Shown here piece after piece: positions 1-11,229 of a stretch of 64,000 nt of DNA. The stretch lies in assembly GCA_002269645.1 (NCBI GenBank), contig NIVC01000197.1, forward strand, positions 496,001-560,000, read 5' to 3'. How positions within the stretch are numbered: position 1 is the first letter of the stretch; each line of letters begins with the position of its first letter. The notes under the pieces were generated by a model. The model worked only from the letters and a program-made list of their open reading frames with translations. It did no database searches and had not been told where the DNA came from. This DNA comes from Macrostomum lignano (Eukaryota). The translations under genes and the position numbers were made by a program.

Positions 1-1854
1 CCTCGATCTGATCAATGAGTTTATAATTCTGGGGAGGCCTCGGAACTCCTTCTCTGGACCAGCCCTCTGTCTTTTCTTGGTTGGCCATTTTACCAATGAA
101 CGATGAGAGATGAGATGAGTAATCAATCAGATCAGCTGACCGGATATTCCAGCTGTAGTCAATAAATCAATGACTAGCATGCCGGGGCATTAACATAGTG
201 TTTAGAGTTTATTAAACAATCCAAATTCAAGAACTGCGTGCGGGTCTTGCTGACAGAGGGTTCAATTATAAGCTCACAGAATACTATTAGCTGCCGAGGC
301 ATCTCGCTATTTGAATAAAAGTTAGTTACTCCTGCCGTTTACCCAAAACAGCTGGTAAATGTTGGCTGGCAAATGGCCGTCTGGCAATCGGTGTAGACTC
401 AAGAGAGCACACATCAAAGAGATCAACAATGATGGAAAAAGAGTTTAAGCAACAGCAAGTTTCTCGTGACCCATAGGATGCAAACAGCAGTGAAATTCTA
501 CAAGGCTTTGCGCTGAACAAAACAGGCAATTATTAACAGATTATTATTATTATTATTATGTATGAAATTATGTAATATTACAAATAATGCTTCAACTTAC
601 TGTTATATATAGAATCAGTAAGGTTATAATACACAGAAGTTTTGGTACAATCGCTAACATAAATATTGCAACAGGGCTGCTGTTACTATTAGAAATTTAT
701 TAATAAATTAGTGTTTAAAATTATTGTATTACAGCATATTTTATTGTAGAATCTTATTTACAAAGAGAAAGTCTAAATTAGGATAGAAACAGGGGACGCA
801 CAACAGGAGAAATATTTTCATGCTGAAAAATTTCGAATTTACAAATTTGAAAACCGACCCAGATGCCATGTAGGCTGTGCTAGGACCCTGGGGTAGAAAT
901 GTTAATGAAATAATGGAATTATTTGTACTACTGGCATATGTTGGCATCAATGTCCAATTGACAGCCAAATATCTCCAAAGTTTGTCAGTATCCTGTGAAA
1001 CATTTGCAGCCTTCCGACTGAATTTGCAATGCTATCTAAAATCATTTTGCAAGCTGCTAGGATTGCTTCAGTTTAATACGGTAGGACTTGTAGGGTCAAA
1101 GCATTAAATATGACAATCAACAGGTGCTCAGGTATTATATAGTGCGCAATAGTACAGCTGCTCTCCTATATGTTACAACAGGTAAATATTCATATTGTAA
1201 ATAAGCCGCATTATATAACACAGCAGCAAATTCAACTAATTAACAGGTGCGGCAAAACAGAGCACAGGCAGTTAAAGACAAGGACTTAAGAAACATCCAA
1301 TAAACAGGAGAGCCTGCAAGCTGCTAGTTAAATCCGCCTTAATCCTGCAAGAGTCAAAACGTAAAAACAAGTGAAAACAAAAACAGAAAAAACACAGGTA
1401 AAAATTCGGTTACACTATCAGCAACAAACCGAGAGCTCCCAGGTGATGCCAGTTATGTGATACAGTAGTATTAAATAGCATATTGTAACTAGATGCGCGG
1501 TAAATCGCTGCCTTTATCAAATAACAAAAACTAGCAAATTAATAAATAAATCGAAGCCATTCACAGATTCTATGATAATAAACTAGACAGGCCGCCCAGC
1601 AAATTTGCGTGTAAGCTACTTTCAATTCAGTAGTAAGAGTTAATCAAGCATTCTGATGTATTTTTAGGACAGGGCTCATTTGTGGCCTTTCAATTTCCCT
1701 TCGTGGAAAATCCCTTTTTGTCTTTCTTTTCATAAAATAGCTTACAAATTCTTCCTTGCTACTGAATTGACAGTAGGTAAACTGCTATACATGTACTAAA
1801 GTGGCCAGTCTAGTTATTATCATATCTGTGGAAATTCCTACAGACATCTTCAGG

Positions 1855-3162
1855 CTAGGAAGCGTCTTCGCCGCCGATTTTTCCACCGCTGCCGTTGCTA
1901 ACGGCAACTGCAGGCGCCGATTCTGCCGGCTCTGCCTCCGTTGCCGACTTTTCCTCCTCGCCCTTGCCGTCGGCCGCAGCAGCCTCCGGCTTTGAATCCG
2001 TCGCATTCGAGCCCGCCAGCTCGTCATCTTCAGCGTTGTCTTCGACTGCCACCGCCGTCGGAGCCGCGGTTTTGTTGTCGCCTTCGGCGCTGCCCGACTG
2101 CGGCTCCGCATCCTTGCCGGCGCTGGGAGGAGTCTTGTCCTCCTTGCCGGCGCTGGGAGGAGTCTTGTCCTCCTTGCCGGCGCTGGGAGGAGTCTTGTCT
2201 ACCTTGCCGGCGCTGGGAGGAGTCTTGTCCTCCTTGCCGGCGCTGGGAGGAGTCTTGTCCTCCTTGCCGGCGCTGGGAGGAGTCTTGTCCTCCTTGCCGG
2301 CGCTGGGAGGAGTCTTGTCCTCCTTGCCGGCGCTGGGAGGAGTCTTGTCCTCCTTGCCGGCGGCACCATCGGGCTTGTCGGCAGTGGAAGCTGACGCCGC
2401 AGCCTCTTCCTTCGCCTGCTTCTCCTCCTGGGTTCCGTCAGCGGCCTTTGGCTGCGACTGTGGCGGCGGAGTTGGCGACTTATCCTTGACGACTTTTTCG
2501 TCGCGTGGCTTCGCCGAGTCCGCAGGTTTGACCGGTGCTTCAGCCGGCGCTGCCGCAGCCGTTTCGCTAGAATCTTCCGCCTTCGCACTGCTGCCGTCCT
2601 TGTCTTTGTTGTCCTTGGCCGGCGCTGCCGGTTTCTTCTTGTTCTTCTCGTCTTCTGCTTCCACTGCAACGGCTGCCGAGCTTGCTGTCTTGGAATTTGT
2701 TGCCGCCGTCGTCTCGGCCTTCGTTGCCGCCGCCACTGCTGACGTAGCCGGTTTCGCTGCCGCCGCCGACGCCGCCTTACCCGGTGGCGCCGTGGATTTC
2801 GGCGCAGATTTGGCGCCAGTCGCAGCCGGATCAACCAGTTTAGCCAGGCCCCCGCATTTGGTCTCCTCAAAGCTGACCTCGCCGCTCTCCAATCGCACAA
2901 TGAATTGGTGCACCGAGCGCACCTGGCCAAGTGGATCATCTGGCTGGCACGGCATCGAGGATAAGAAGCAGTGGGCCTCGCGGAACGGCGCCACGATGTG
3001 CACCAGGCTGTTGTCAGCGGACGGCCTGTACAGGTATTTCCTACCGTCGATGGCGTGCTCTTCAAAGTGATAAATGTTGAAGTTGCTCAAGTTGATGGAG
3101 TGAAACTTTTTAGAAAACAGCTCCGCTAAGCTTAGCTTGCTCTGCTTGGCTGGCGTTGCCAT
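1855..3162 (-). CDS. Uncharacterised protein, 435 aa: N-terminal ~75-aa globular domain plus Ala/Lys/Glu/Pro-rich disordered tail
   Basis: Intact GC-rich ORF from ATG at 3162. A polypyrimidine-CAG acceptor ends at 3206 (minus-strand TTTAACTCCCAG). The domain FSKKFH...VHQFI is paralogous to the ORF at 5692-6000. Confidence 0.8.
   Translation of the reverse strand: MATPAKQSKLSLAELFSKKFHSINLSNFNIYHFEEHAIDGRKYLYRPSADNSLVHIVAPFREAHCFLSSMPCQPDDPLGQVRSVHQFIVRLESGEVSFEETKCGGLAKLVDPAATGAKSAPKSTAPPGKAASAAAAKPATSAVAAATKAETTAATNSKTASSAAVAVEAEDEKNKKKPAAPAKDNKDKDGSSAKAEDSSETAAAAPAEAPVKPADSAKPRDEKVVKDKSPTPPPQSQPKAADGTQEEKQAKEEAAASASTADKPDGAAGKEDKTPPSAGKEDKTPPSAGKEDKTPPSAGKEDKTPPSAGKEDKTPPSAGKVDKTPPSAGKEDKTPPSAGKEDKTPPSAGKDAEPQSGSAEGDNKTAAPTAVAVEDNAEDDELAGSNATDSKPEAAAADGKGEEEKSATEAEPAESAPAVAVSNGSGGKIGGEDAS
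2111..2360 (-). repeat. Coding minisatellite, 30-bp unit, 8 copies (GKEDKTPPSA)n
   Basis: tccttgccggcgctgggaggagtcttgtcc is repeated 8 times in frame within the 1855-3162 ORF. Confidence 0.95.
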
Positions 3163-3313
3163 TGTTGACAGGGCAGCGACGATGTCTCTCGCTCAACAGG
3201 TGACGCTGGGAGTTAAAGGCATGAACGTTAATTTATCATTTATTGGTGCTGTTTAAAATGAAGTCTGGGTTAAGGTTAAAGTGCCAAGTCATTCAGACTG
3301 TCACTCATTGTAG

Positions 3314-4315
3314 CTGTGGATAAACTCTTATTCTGGCTGTGGATAAACTCTCATTCTGGCTGTGGATAAACTCTCATTCTGGCTGTGGATAAACTCTCAT
3401 TCTGGCTGTGGATAAACTCTCATTCTGGCTGTGGATAAACTCTCATTCTGGCTGTGGATAAACTCTCATTCTGGCTGTGGATAAACTCTCATTCTGGCTG
3501 TGGATAAACTCTCATTCTGGCTGTGGATAAACTCTCATTCTGGCTGTGGATAAACTCTCATTCTGGCTGTGGATAAACTGTCACTATGGTTGTGGATGAA
3601 CTCTCACTATGGCTGTGGATGAACTCTCACTATGGTTGTGGATGAACTCTCACTATGGTTGTGGATGAACTCTCACTATGGCTGTGGCCTGTGGATAAAC
3701 TCTCACTATGGCTGTGGATAAAATCTCACTATGGCTGTGGCCTGTGGATAAACTCTCACTATGGCTGTGGATAAACTGTCACTATGGTTGTGGATGAACT
3801 CTCACTATGGCTGTGGATGAACTCTCACTATGGCTGTGGATGAACTCTCACTATGGTTGTGGATGAACTCTCACTATGGCTGTGGATGAACTCTCACTAT
3901 GGCTGTGGCCTGTGGATAAACTCTCACTATGGCTGTGGATAAAATCTCACTATGGCTGTGGCCTGTGGATAAACTCTCACTATGGCTGTGGATAAACTGT
4001 CACTATGGTTGTGGATGAACTCTCACTATGGCTGTGGATGAACTCTCACTATGGTTGTGGATGAACTCTCACTATGGCTGTGGATAAACTCTCACTATGG
4101 CTGTGGATAAAATCTCACTATGGCTGTGGCCTGTGGATAAACTCTCACTATGGCTGTGGCCTGTGGATAAACTCTCACCATGGCTGTGGATAAAATCTCA
4201 CTATGGCTGTGGCCTGTGGATAAACTCTCACCATGGCTGTAGATAAACTCTCACTATGGCTGTGGATAAACTCTCACTATAACTGTGGATAAACTCTCAC
4301 TATGGGTGTGGATGA
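3314..4315. repeat. Minisatellite, ~23-bp unit (gctgtggataaactctcattctg / ...ctcactatg variants)
   Basis: About 40 tandem copies, switching from the att-ctg variant to the act-atg variant along the array. Confidence 0.95.
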
Positions 4316-5691
4316 GCTAGTACTTGGCAATGGTTAAATTCATATATGACTATGTATAATGTGTAACTTGGCTATGAATAAAAATTCTAATGCAGTTGTG
4401 CATTAATGGAAAAAAGAAGCAGTAAAACATATTGATATTTATGACTGAACTGTGTTAGCGACTAAATGTATTTATTAATTGCGTTATACCAGTCATCAGT
4501 GACAATATTAAATAGCAACGAGAATGGGAAAGAGCAGGCATTTGCAGGCGCACTGCCAATTACAGTGCTATAAAGATACGGAAAGAACACGCAGACTGCT
4601 CTACTTACAGTAGAGATGCAAGTAAATCATGCGCGCCATATGTGCCGCAGCGCAAGTATTAAGCGCAGTAAAATGAATACGAAAAACCTAAATAAAAATC
4701 GTCATTAAATCTTACAATTAAAATTGGCATGCATAAAAAATTTATTTTTAAAATGTATTATATACGAGCAGGAACAATTGCAAATACCGGTGTTATTTGA
4801 CAAAGTTAACGCATTTTGTTCGGGGTGTTCTTTGTAAAAACAATTGTCGAATAAAAAGCGCGCAAACTACTGAGAGAACAGTAGGCAGTGACAGAAATTA
4901 AGGACTGCAGCTTTAGTTGAGGCTGAGGTGGGCACACAAGGTGGGTCAAAACAACAAATAAAAATATTAATATTAACACACATTAGTAAAGCGTTCTTGA
5001 AAGCGAAATAAACAAGGTCAAATGAAGGACAAATCGTTTAACTAAGGTATCGTCTTCGCGTACACTATGAGCAAGCGCATACTTAATATGTAGATACAAA
5101 CGAAAGAATATGGAGATTTTCTAGCAAGCAGTGACCAGCCTAGTCAATAAAATTGAAGCTCATTACAAGATTGCCTTACACATTAAGACATTACTTTCTT
5201 ATGCGGTCATAGAAGCCAGTGTAAATAAATCATTGCGTTTTGTCTCGTTTTGACTCAAGGTGACAGCAAGGAATATACTACTGAATTAAACTCCAGTCAG
5301 TAGTAGTCTTTTCACGATTTACTGTCCTAAGAGGTCTTTATCTAACAGATATTTATCTTTGCAAGTCACTCGCTATTGATATTATTGTTTATGTCCCATA
5401 ATACTACTAAATTCAACTCTTGTCAGTAGTATTCCTGTAGATAGCTTTTATTCTTTTATACTATTTATACTTAAAAAAATATTTTTTAAATGCCTAAAAT
5501 CCTAATATTTTGAAATGGGTCAATTTATTAACGTGAAATTTTTCACCTAGCGCATTGTGCAAATATGGACAGCATACCCAATCAAAAGCTATGGCAGAAC
5601 TCTCCTTAATTTTGAAATACCCCTCGTACAGCCAAGTCTTTGAACGGACAAAACACTGCCTTGTGATATTGAGGCTGCATATAAGAAAAGC

Positions 5692-6000
5692 TCACACACC
5701 AGCCGCAGACTCTGACTGCATAACATACTGGTGAATCTCGTGTATCCTAGCGGCCGGGTCTCCACTAGGGCAGGGCATGGACACAAGCAGGCACATGCGG
5801 TCGCGGTATTTCAGCACAACAGTCAGCATGTCGTTGCGCACAGATGGCCGGAACAGGTACTTCCGGCCAGATATGGTCAGCTCCTCGAAATGATAGATAT
5901 TGTAGTTGTCCGGATTGAAGCTGTGCAGTTTCCGACTGAAGATGTCGCCAATCTCGGCCAGCTTAGCAGTCGGCTGCCGGTTCTCCACATCTGAGGACAT
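5692..6000 (-). CDS. Uncharacterised small protein, ~102 aa, paralogue of the N-terminal domain of 1855-3162
   Basis: ATG at 6000 (MSSDVENRQ...). Hand alignment to the other ORF gives 36/73 identical residues with no gaps (NIYHFEE, GRKYL, RPS, SMPC, DP, HQ). An acceptor-like CTGTTTAG lies ~40 nt upstream. Confidence 0.75.
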   Translation of the reverse strand: MSSDVENRQPTAKLAEIGDIFSRKLHSFNPDNYNIYHFEELTISGRKYLFRPSVRNDMLTVVLKYRDRMCLLVSMPCPSGDPAARIHEIHQYVMQSESAAGV

Positions 6001-8213
6001 TGCGTCCGTGTCTGCGTGAGTTGGCGACTGCAATTGGAGCCACTAAACAGCTATTCAGAAAGTTTAAACATTTAGTTCTGGTAGTATCAGCAGCTGTGTG
6101 TCATGACAAGTAATGGTGCATAATATAATAAACAGTTTTCTATTATTCTATTTATAAATAAATTATGGTTGATAAGACTTAAAAATACTCTCAATAGTCA
6201 AATTTTTTGGGACTTAAATCAATCCCAGATCCAATTCTAAAAGAAAAAATACTGAATTTGATTGATAAGGGATTATATCAATTATTAATTAGAAACACTT
6301 ACCTTATGGTTAGGTAGGCACTATGACCATACATTTGCAACCTTTAAAATCACACTGATCATGCAACTTTTTTGCAAATCACCCGAAATTACAATAAAAT
6401 CTTAATTTTTATCAAGTTTAGTCAAAAGATATGACAAATTCTTTAAGCTTTGATGATGACAATAATATAGACTTTTTAAAGTTCTTAAAATTGAACACAA
6501 AGTATAATAATCAGCTATTAGTCCTATAAGATAATGGCCTAGATTTCAACGTCATAGACATTGCAAAGATTGAAGCTTATTAGTACGAGCTAGATATTTG
6601 GAACTAGATAATTATTGGTTTAAAATAATTGTTTAAAGCAATTGTCAAAAGGCTTTCATTATAATTTATTACCTATACTTAAGTTGAAGTTTAACTAATT
6701 TGTTAAAAAATTAATAGCTTAATAGTTGGGCGTATCTCTATTATTAGAATATTTTTAGATATTTATAGACAATATATTAAGGTAAATCTAAATCAACATA
6801 GTGTTATAACACAGCATGTGTTTTTAATAACAATAAGTCCTTTAGTCTAGGATTTTCTGCACAATAGGAAAGCTATAGCATCTTGACTTTTTAAATCCTA
6901 TTTTGAAATTGGACCTTAGATCTACTATTATAGCTTGTTTTAAATAGAATGTTTTTTTTTTTTTTTTTAAAGAGAAACTTATATATCTTAAATAAAAATG
7001 TCTTTTCTAGTGATTTTTAGCATAACTATACTTATAGGCTTAACAAAAAACTATAAGGCAAGTCCCATACTTTGAAAGTTATATGCATGCCAAAAATATC
7101 TAGCATACTAATGTAATGAATAGTTTAGCTATTTTGGCATAGGCCTACCATTTTGATCTCAAGTAAATTTTTGGCACACTAATTTATGCTTACTAAAACT
7201 TAAAAGTTTGACAAATACAAAAGTTACACATTGCAAGAAATTTTCTCTTTAAAAAATACATGCATTATAAAAGTTTTGAAGAACTCTTTTAGCTTTTTAT
7301 TAACAAAACAAGCAGTATTTTTATAGATATAGGCTCTAAGCTTCAATATACTAAAACTGATTCAATGTTTGTCTGTTGCAAGTGAACTCCTACAATACTG
7401 CCAAATCAGCATTGAATCTTAAGGGAAAACTGCAAATTTTCCAGATCAGGCTTTAGGCTGTTTTAATTTTTAATTTTTACATTTTAACATCCCTAAAAAA
7501 GTAGAAAACTGCTTTTAACCTTCTTTGGCCCTTCTGTCTTTCCAGTGGAAGGGTTGCAGTTGGTTTATAAAAAAAGCCATCCCAACCTCCACCTGCAAGT
7601 TGCTATGTATTGGGGGTGGGTACACATGTTCCAGGTTCAAGGCAAATAACCCCCCTTGTGTTGGGGGCTACAATTAAATTTAATGATTCCCTCGGAACAG
7701 GGGGTTGGGCTTGGGCAAAGTGTACATAGCAGTTGTACAGTGTGAAAGATAGATAGGACTCTGTTGAGATTCAATAGGTTTTATTATTGGCGCCTTTCAA
7801 TATGTAGCCCTATGTATTACCTGAGCAGTGAAATTCAATGAATAAACTTGCAAGCCTCTTCCCTATAGGAAAAAGTTGTAAAACTGCAGATGGCATCAGG
7901 CGCACTTTTGAAATTTTTTCTAAAGCCCAGTGCACGCACAAATGGGTTTATTTAACTTTTCTTTAGGCCTAGGGTCATATTTTTCTTGGTAAAAAATTTG
8001 ACAACTGCAAAAAGGTCCTTTATTGTTTATATTTTTAACAATATAAAAGTGGCATATATTTGTTATAACATAAAAAGAGGCATTTTTCTAGCATACCATG
8101 TTGTACTATCCTAACTATGGGGTAGATCTAAGCACAAAATTTTAAGGCCTAAGGCTAAGCACTGACATGGCTTATAAGATATCTTATAAAAGTAATTATA
8201 TTTTGTACTTTTT

Positions 8214-8370
8214 CCATAGTCAGGAAGGTGGCCTCTGAGGGGGAAAATTCCCGCGCACACAAAGGGTCTCGGCGCACAAGCGCTGCGCACACAAAGGGTC
8301 GTTGGCGCACTTGGCACACACTGAGGTCCCTAGCGCATGTGGCACATAATTGCAGCGCATAATTGCAGCG
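8214..8370 (+). mobile_element. Single end of a DNA transposon (terminus CCATAGTCAGGAAGGTGGC)
   Basis: Same terminal sequence as the right end of the complete element at 35514-36262, followed by similar gcgcac-rich subterminal repeats. No partner end was found. Confidence 0.6.
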
Positions 8371-8569
8371 CATTATTGTATTTATTATTTATATAAGTTT
8401 TCAAAACTTGTTTATAACATATTTTGTTTTATTGCTTATGCAATATTAACTAATATATAATAAATTGTCGCATTGCTCATAAGAGTTGGCCACTCTGATT
8501 CAGCACCTCTTGATTGAAAATTCAAATTATGGTCTTCGTGGGAGACTTTGGCTATTCATTTTGGGTGCT

Positions 8570-8706
8570 GGTCATTTCGTCAACTGCTAATTCGTCAACT
8601 GGGTTAACGAATTGACTAACATTTTAAGGTGGTCTCACTTGCAGTTGACGAAACGACCAAGGTTTTAGATTGCTGATTGGTTCATTAGTCAGTTGACGAA
8701 ATAACC
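8570..8706. mobile_element. Small MITE-like inverted-repeat element
   Basis: ggtcatttcgtcaactg at 8570 pairs with cagttgacgaaataacc ending at 8706, and there is an internal third copy at 8641-8658. No TSD seen. Confidence 0.5.
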
Positions 8707-9389
8707 TGAGAATGTTAGTTACTTCGTCTACAGTTTGCAAATAACCTATGTACATCAACTAACGCATGTCATATATCCACTTATTACCTTTGTTATTATC
8801 GGGTATTATTCCAGAAACTCCCAGATTTCCCGGAACGTTCTCTATTATTTGTATACATATGCAGCAAGCATGCCCAGCAAGCAAACAAGCTATTGCCCAA
8901 AAATCATTGACAAGAATCAAGATAAATGATATTTAAAATGTTAAATTGGCATTGCAATGCTTTTCCACATTTGCTATGAAAATCCAGTACATTTACTGAT
9001 ATTATTGTTAATAATATACACTATAGGGCCTATACTGACAAAGCATTGACACACACCACTTTTTTAGAATCAAACATCCATGTCTGGGCTTTACCATATT
9101 AATTTTTGAATCACAGTTAACTAACTGAGATATTTAAATGCAGCCATTGTGTTTATAGTCCAAACCTTACTTTAAGAACGTCGAACGACCGCGATTCTTA
9201 TTAATTTATGACAGTCACATTAGAAAGCAAAAGAAAACAAGATTTAAAAACAGACATATTTACTTTAACAGTTATAACAATATGTCTTATTGACAGCTGC
9301 ACGGTTACAATTAATATATATTTTATATTTAAAAAATAAAAATTTTAGATTTTAGATTTTAAGATCTTTTAAACTGCGTATGTTCGCAG

Positions 9390-9500
9390 GGCTATCCTTC
9401 AGTTTTGTTCGTTTAAATATTTTCGGAATTATTTCGCCCTCTATTCAAGGGTGGTGGGGGGTGGGTGTTGGAATTAAACGAACGAAACTAGAAGATAGCC
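9390..9500. mobile_element. 111-bp MITE, GG...CC termini, 8-bp TSD (Merlin-like)
   Basis: ~27-bp TIRs (ggctatccttcagttttgttcgtttaa / ttaaacgaacgaaactagaagatagcc) flanked by a perfect TSD gttcgcag (9382-9389, 9501-9508). Confidence 0.8.
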
Positions 9501-9820
9501 GTTCGCAGTTGGGTTAGTTTATTAGCCCGGCCCCTGGCCCTTCCACTAAGTCAAACTTATACTACAGCTAATATTGTAAGGCCTAACTAAGTGGCAACCA
9601 GTCATTTCACTTCAGTGAAAAGCTTTTCTCTTCTTGACACAATGATGCAGTCCTAGGGCCTACTCTAGTCTCCTAGTAATAGTAATAGGCTCTAGTAAGT
9701 ATTATGTTTTAAAGCAGTGAAGACAACAGTAACAAGGGTGGGTTAGTACAGTTTTGAATAAAAAAGTAAAGTGAGTTAGTGATTTTTAGCAGAACAGTTA
9801 TTAGGCCCTAATGTCAATGG

Positions 9821-10082
9821 CATGCATGCGCAACCCCCCTGATTTACACTGGCCATGCCCATGCGACTTACTTTTTGAACAAAAATGCGACTTACCTGCA
9901 AAAAAACAACCTAACGCAATTTTGGGTAAACGGCAGGAGTAACTATAACTGTCTTATTAGGGCTGAATGCCTCGTCATCTAATTAGTAATACGTCTATTC
10001 TTTAGGCTGGGCATTTTTGCGACTTACCCCTGGTCCACCACAATTTACGGTGGCCAGATCGGCCAGCAGTTGCGCATTTATG
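9821..10082. mobile_element. 262-bp non-autonomous DNA transposon (CAT...ATG termini, 8-bp TSD; hAT/P-like) carrying a 28S rRNA fragment
   Basis: TIRs CATGCATGCGCAAC / GTTGCGCATTTATG and a perfect TSD gtcaatgg (9813-9820, 10083-10090). The interior contains a 28S-derived 64-mer. Confidence 0.85.
9924..9987 (+). pseudogene. 28S rRNA-derived fragment (helix 69-71, R2/I-PpoI target region)
   Basis: GGGTAAACGGCAGGAGTAACTATAACTGTCTTATTAGGGCTGAATGCCTCGTCATCTAATTAGT matches the conserved eukaryotic LSU GGGTAAACGGCGGGAGTAACTATGACTCTCTTAAGGTAGCCAAATGCCTCGTCATCTAATTAGT (recalled) at 54/64 positions. Confidence 0.9.
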
Positions 10083-10944
10083 GTCAATGGTATTATGCGG
10101 AAGAGGGTAGGGTAGGGTGTGGTAAGGTTAGACACAGATAGCAAGTTTGTTTGAGTAGTGTGCTTGATTGAACCTTGTAGAAATAGAATTTGCAGTTCAT
10201 TTCAAGAGAAGCTTATATGTTTTTGTGCATTTATTTTTTTGTGTACTTCTTTAAATTAAGAATATATACAATAAATAGGCTACAGTATGCTACAGTGTCA
10301 GTGTGAAGAACAGGTGAATCATGTTCTAAGAAGTATAGTCACAATATGCTAACAATAAATGTTTATTTAAACAGATTGCACTGTTTACTAATAAAAAATA
10401 ACAAATTGCTATTTTCCCATGTAGTATTTTATTATATAAAATTATTTCTATTTGACCTAAATAATATTATAAATTATATTAAAGCTAAAAATTAAGTAGG
10501 CCTATCTAAAAGATGCAACATAGAACATGTTAACATAGTAATATAGGTATAGTACTAATTAGCTGATTAGTCATTTAGTCTTAATGAGACAGTTTGTTAC
10601 TCTTGCCATTTATCCAAAACTATAATGCAATACCAAAAAGTTACAAAATTACAATGGAAGGTTGGATGCCTTTTGTCCACTTATAGAAGAAATAGAGGAA
10701 TAGAGGAAATAGACAAAAAGAGAGGAAGAAAGAAAAAAGTAGGAAAAAAATAAAAAAGAAGAGGAAAGAAGAAAAATCAAAAAAAGAAAAGAAAAACAAA
10801 AAGACTATATCACAACTAGAAGCAACTAAGTTGCAACTAGATGAACTTAAGTTGCAACTGGAGGCAAGCAAAGTAATATGCAATTTTTGGGGAAAAAAAC
10901 TAAGTCATATTAACTAAGTAAAATTTTGAAATTGGAAATATATT

Positions 10945-11229
10945 CATGCATATATATATGACCCCCTGATTTACACTGGTTGTGCAACTTATTTTTTGAC
11001 CAAATTGTGATTTACCTATAAAAGAAACCTAAGCAAAAATAACATTACATTTGTCATTAGGATAAATGGTAGAAAAAACTATGACTATTATTAAAGTTAA
11101 ATGCTTTATCATCTAATTAGTACTATCTATTTTTTCAGGTGGGCATTTTAATCACTTACTTTGTCTGGGCCCCTTGTCAGATAGCGAGATTACGAGCTAG
11201 CTAGGTCAGTTAGGTATTGTGCATGTATG
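10945..11229. mobile_element. Older, decayed copy of the 28S-carrying element
   Basis: Colinear with 9821-10082 (ccccctgatttacactgg, acctaa, actatgact...aatgc...tcatctaattagta, gggcatttt). Decayed termini catgca / ttgtgcatgtatg. Confidence 0.75.

Noticed and set aside
1540-1854. SECIS element supporting Sec at the UGA at 3193-3195
   Set aside because: The AUGA...AAAA...GA candidate (~1690-1645) lacks a pairable helix II by eye.
1895-3070. 391-aa plus-strand ORF and other antisense ORFs over GC-rich exons
   Set aside because: These are shadow frames of the real minus-strand gene with no independent motifs.
3314-4315. Tandem TGTGGATAA (reverse DnaA box TTATCCACA) suggesting a bacterial replication origin
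   Set aside because: The context is eukaryotic, between spliced genes, and the motif is simply part of a minisatellite unit. No bacterial genes are nearby.
9924-9987. Functional rRNA gene
   Set aside because: Only 64 bp, mutated, and embedded in a TIR element with no flanking rDNA.
10650-10915. K/E-rich heptad-like frame (QLEATKLQLDELKLQLEASK) as the missing TDP2 first exon
   Set aside because: It contains upstream stops, the nearby donor is phase 0 whereas TDP2 needs phase 1, and it shows no TDP2 similarity. It is probably a decayed coding relic.
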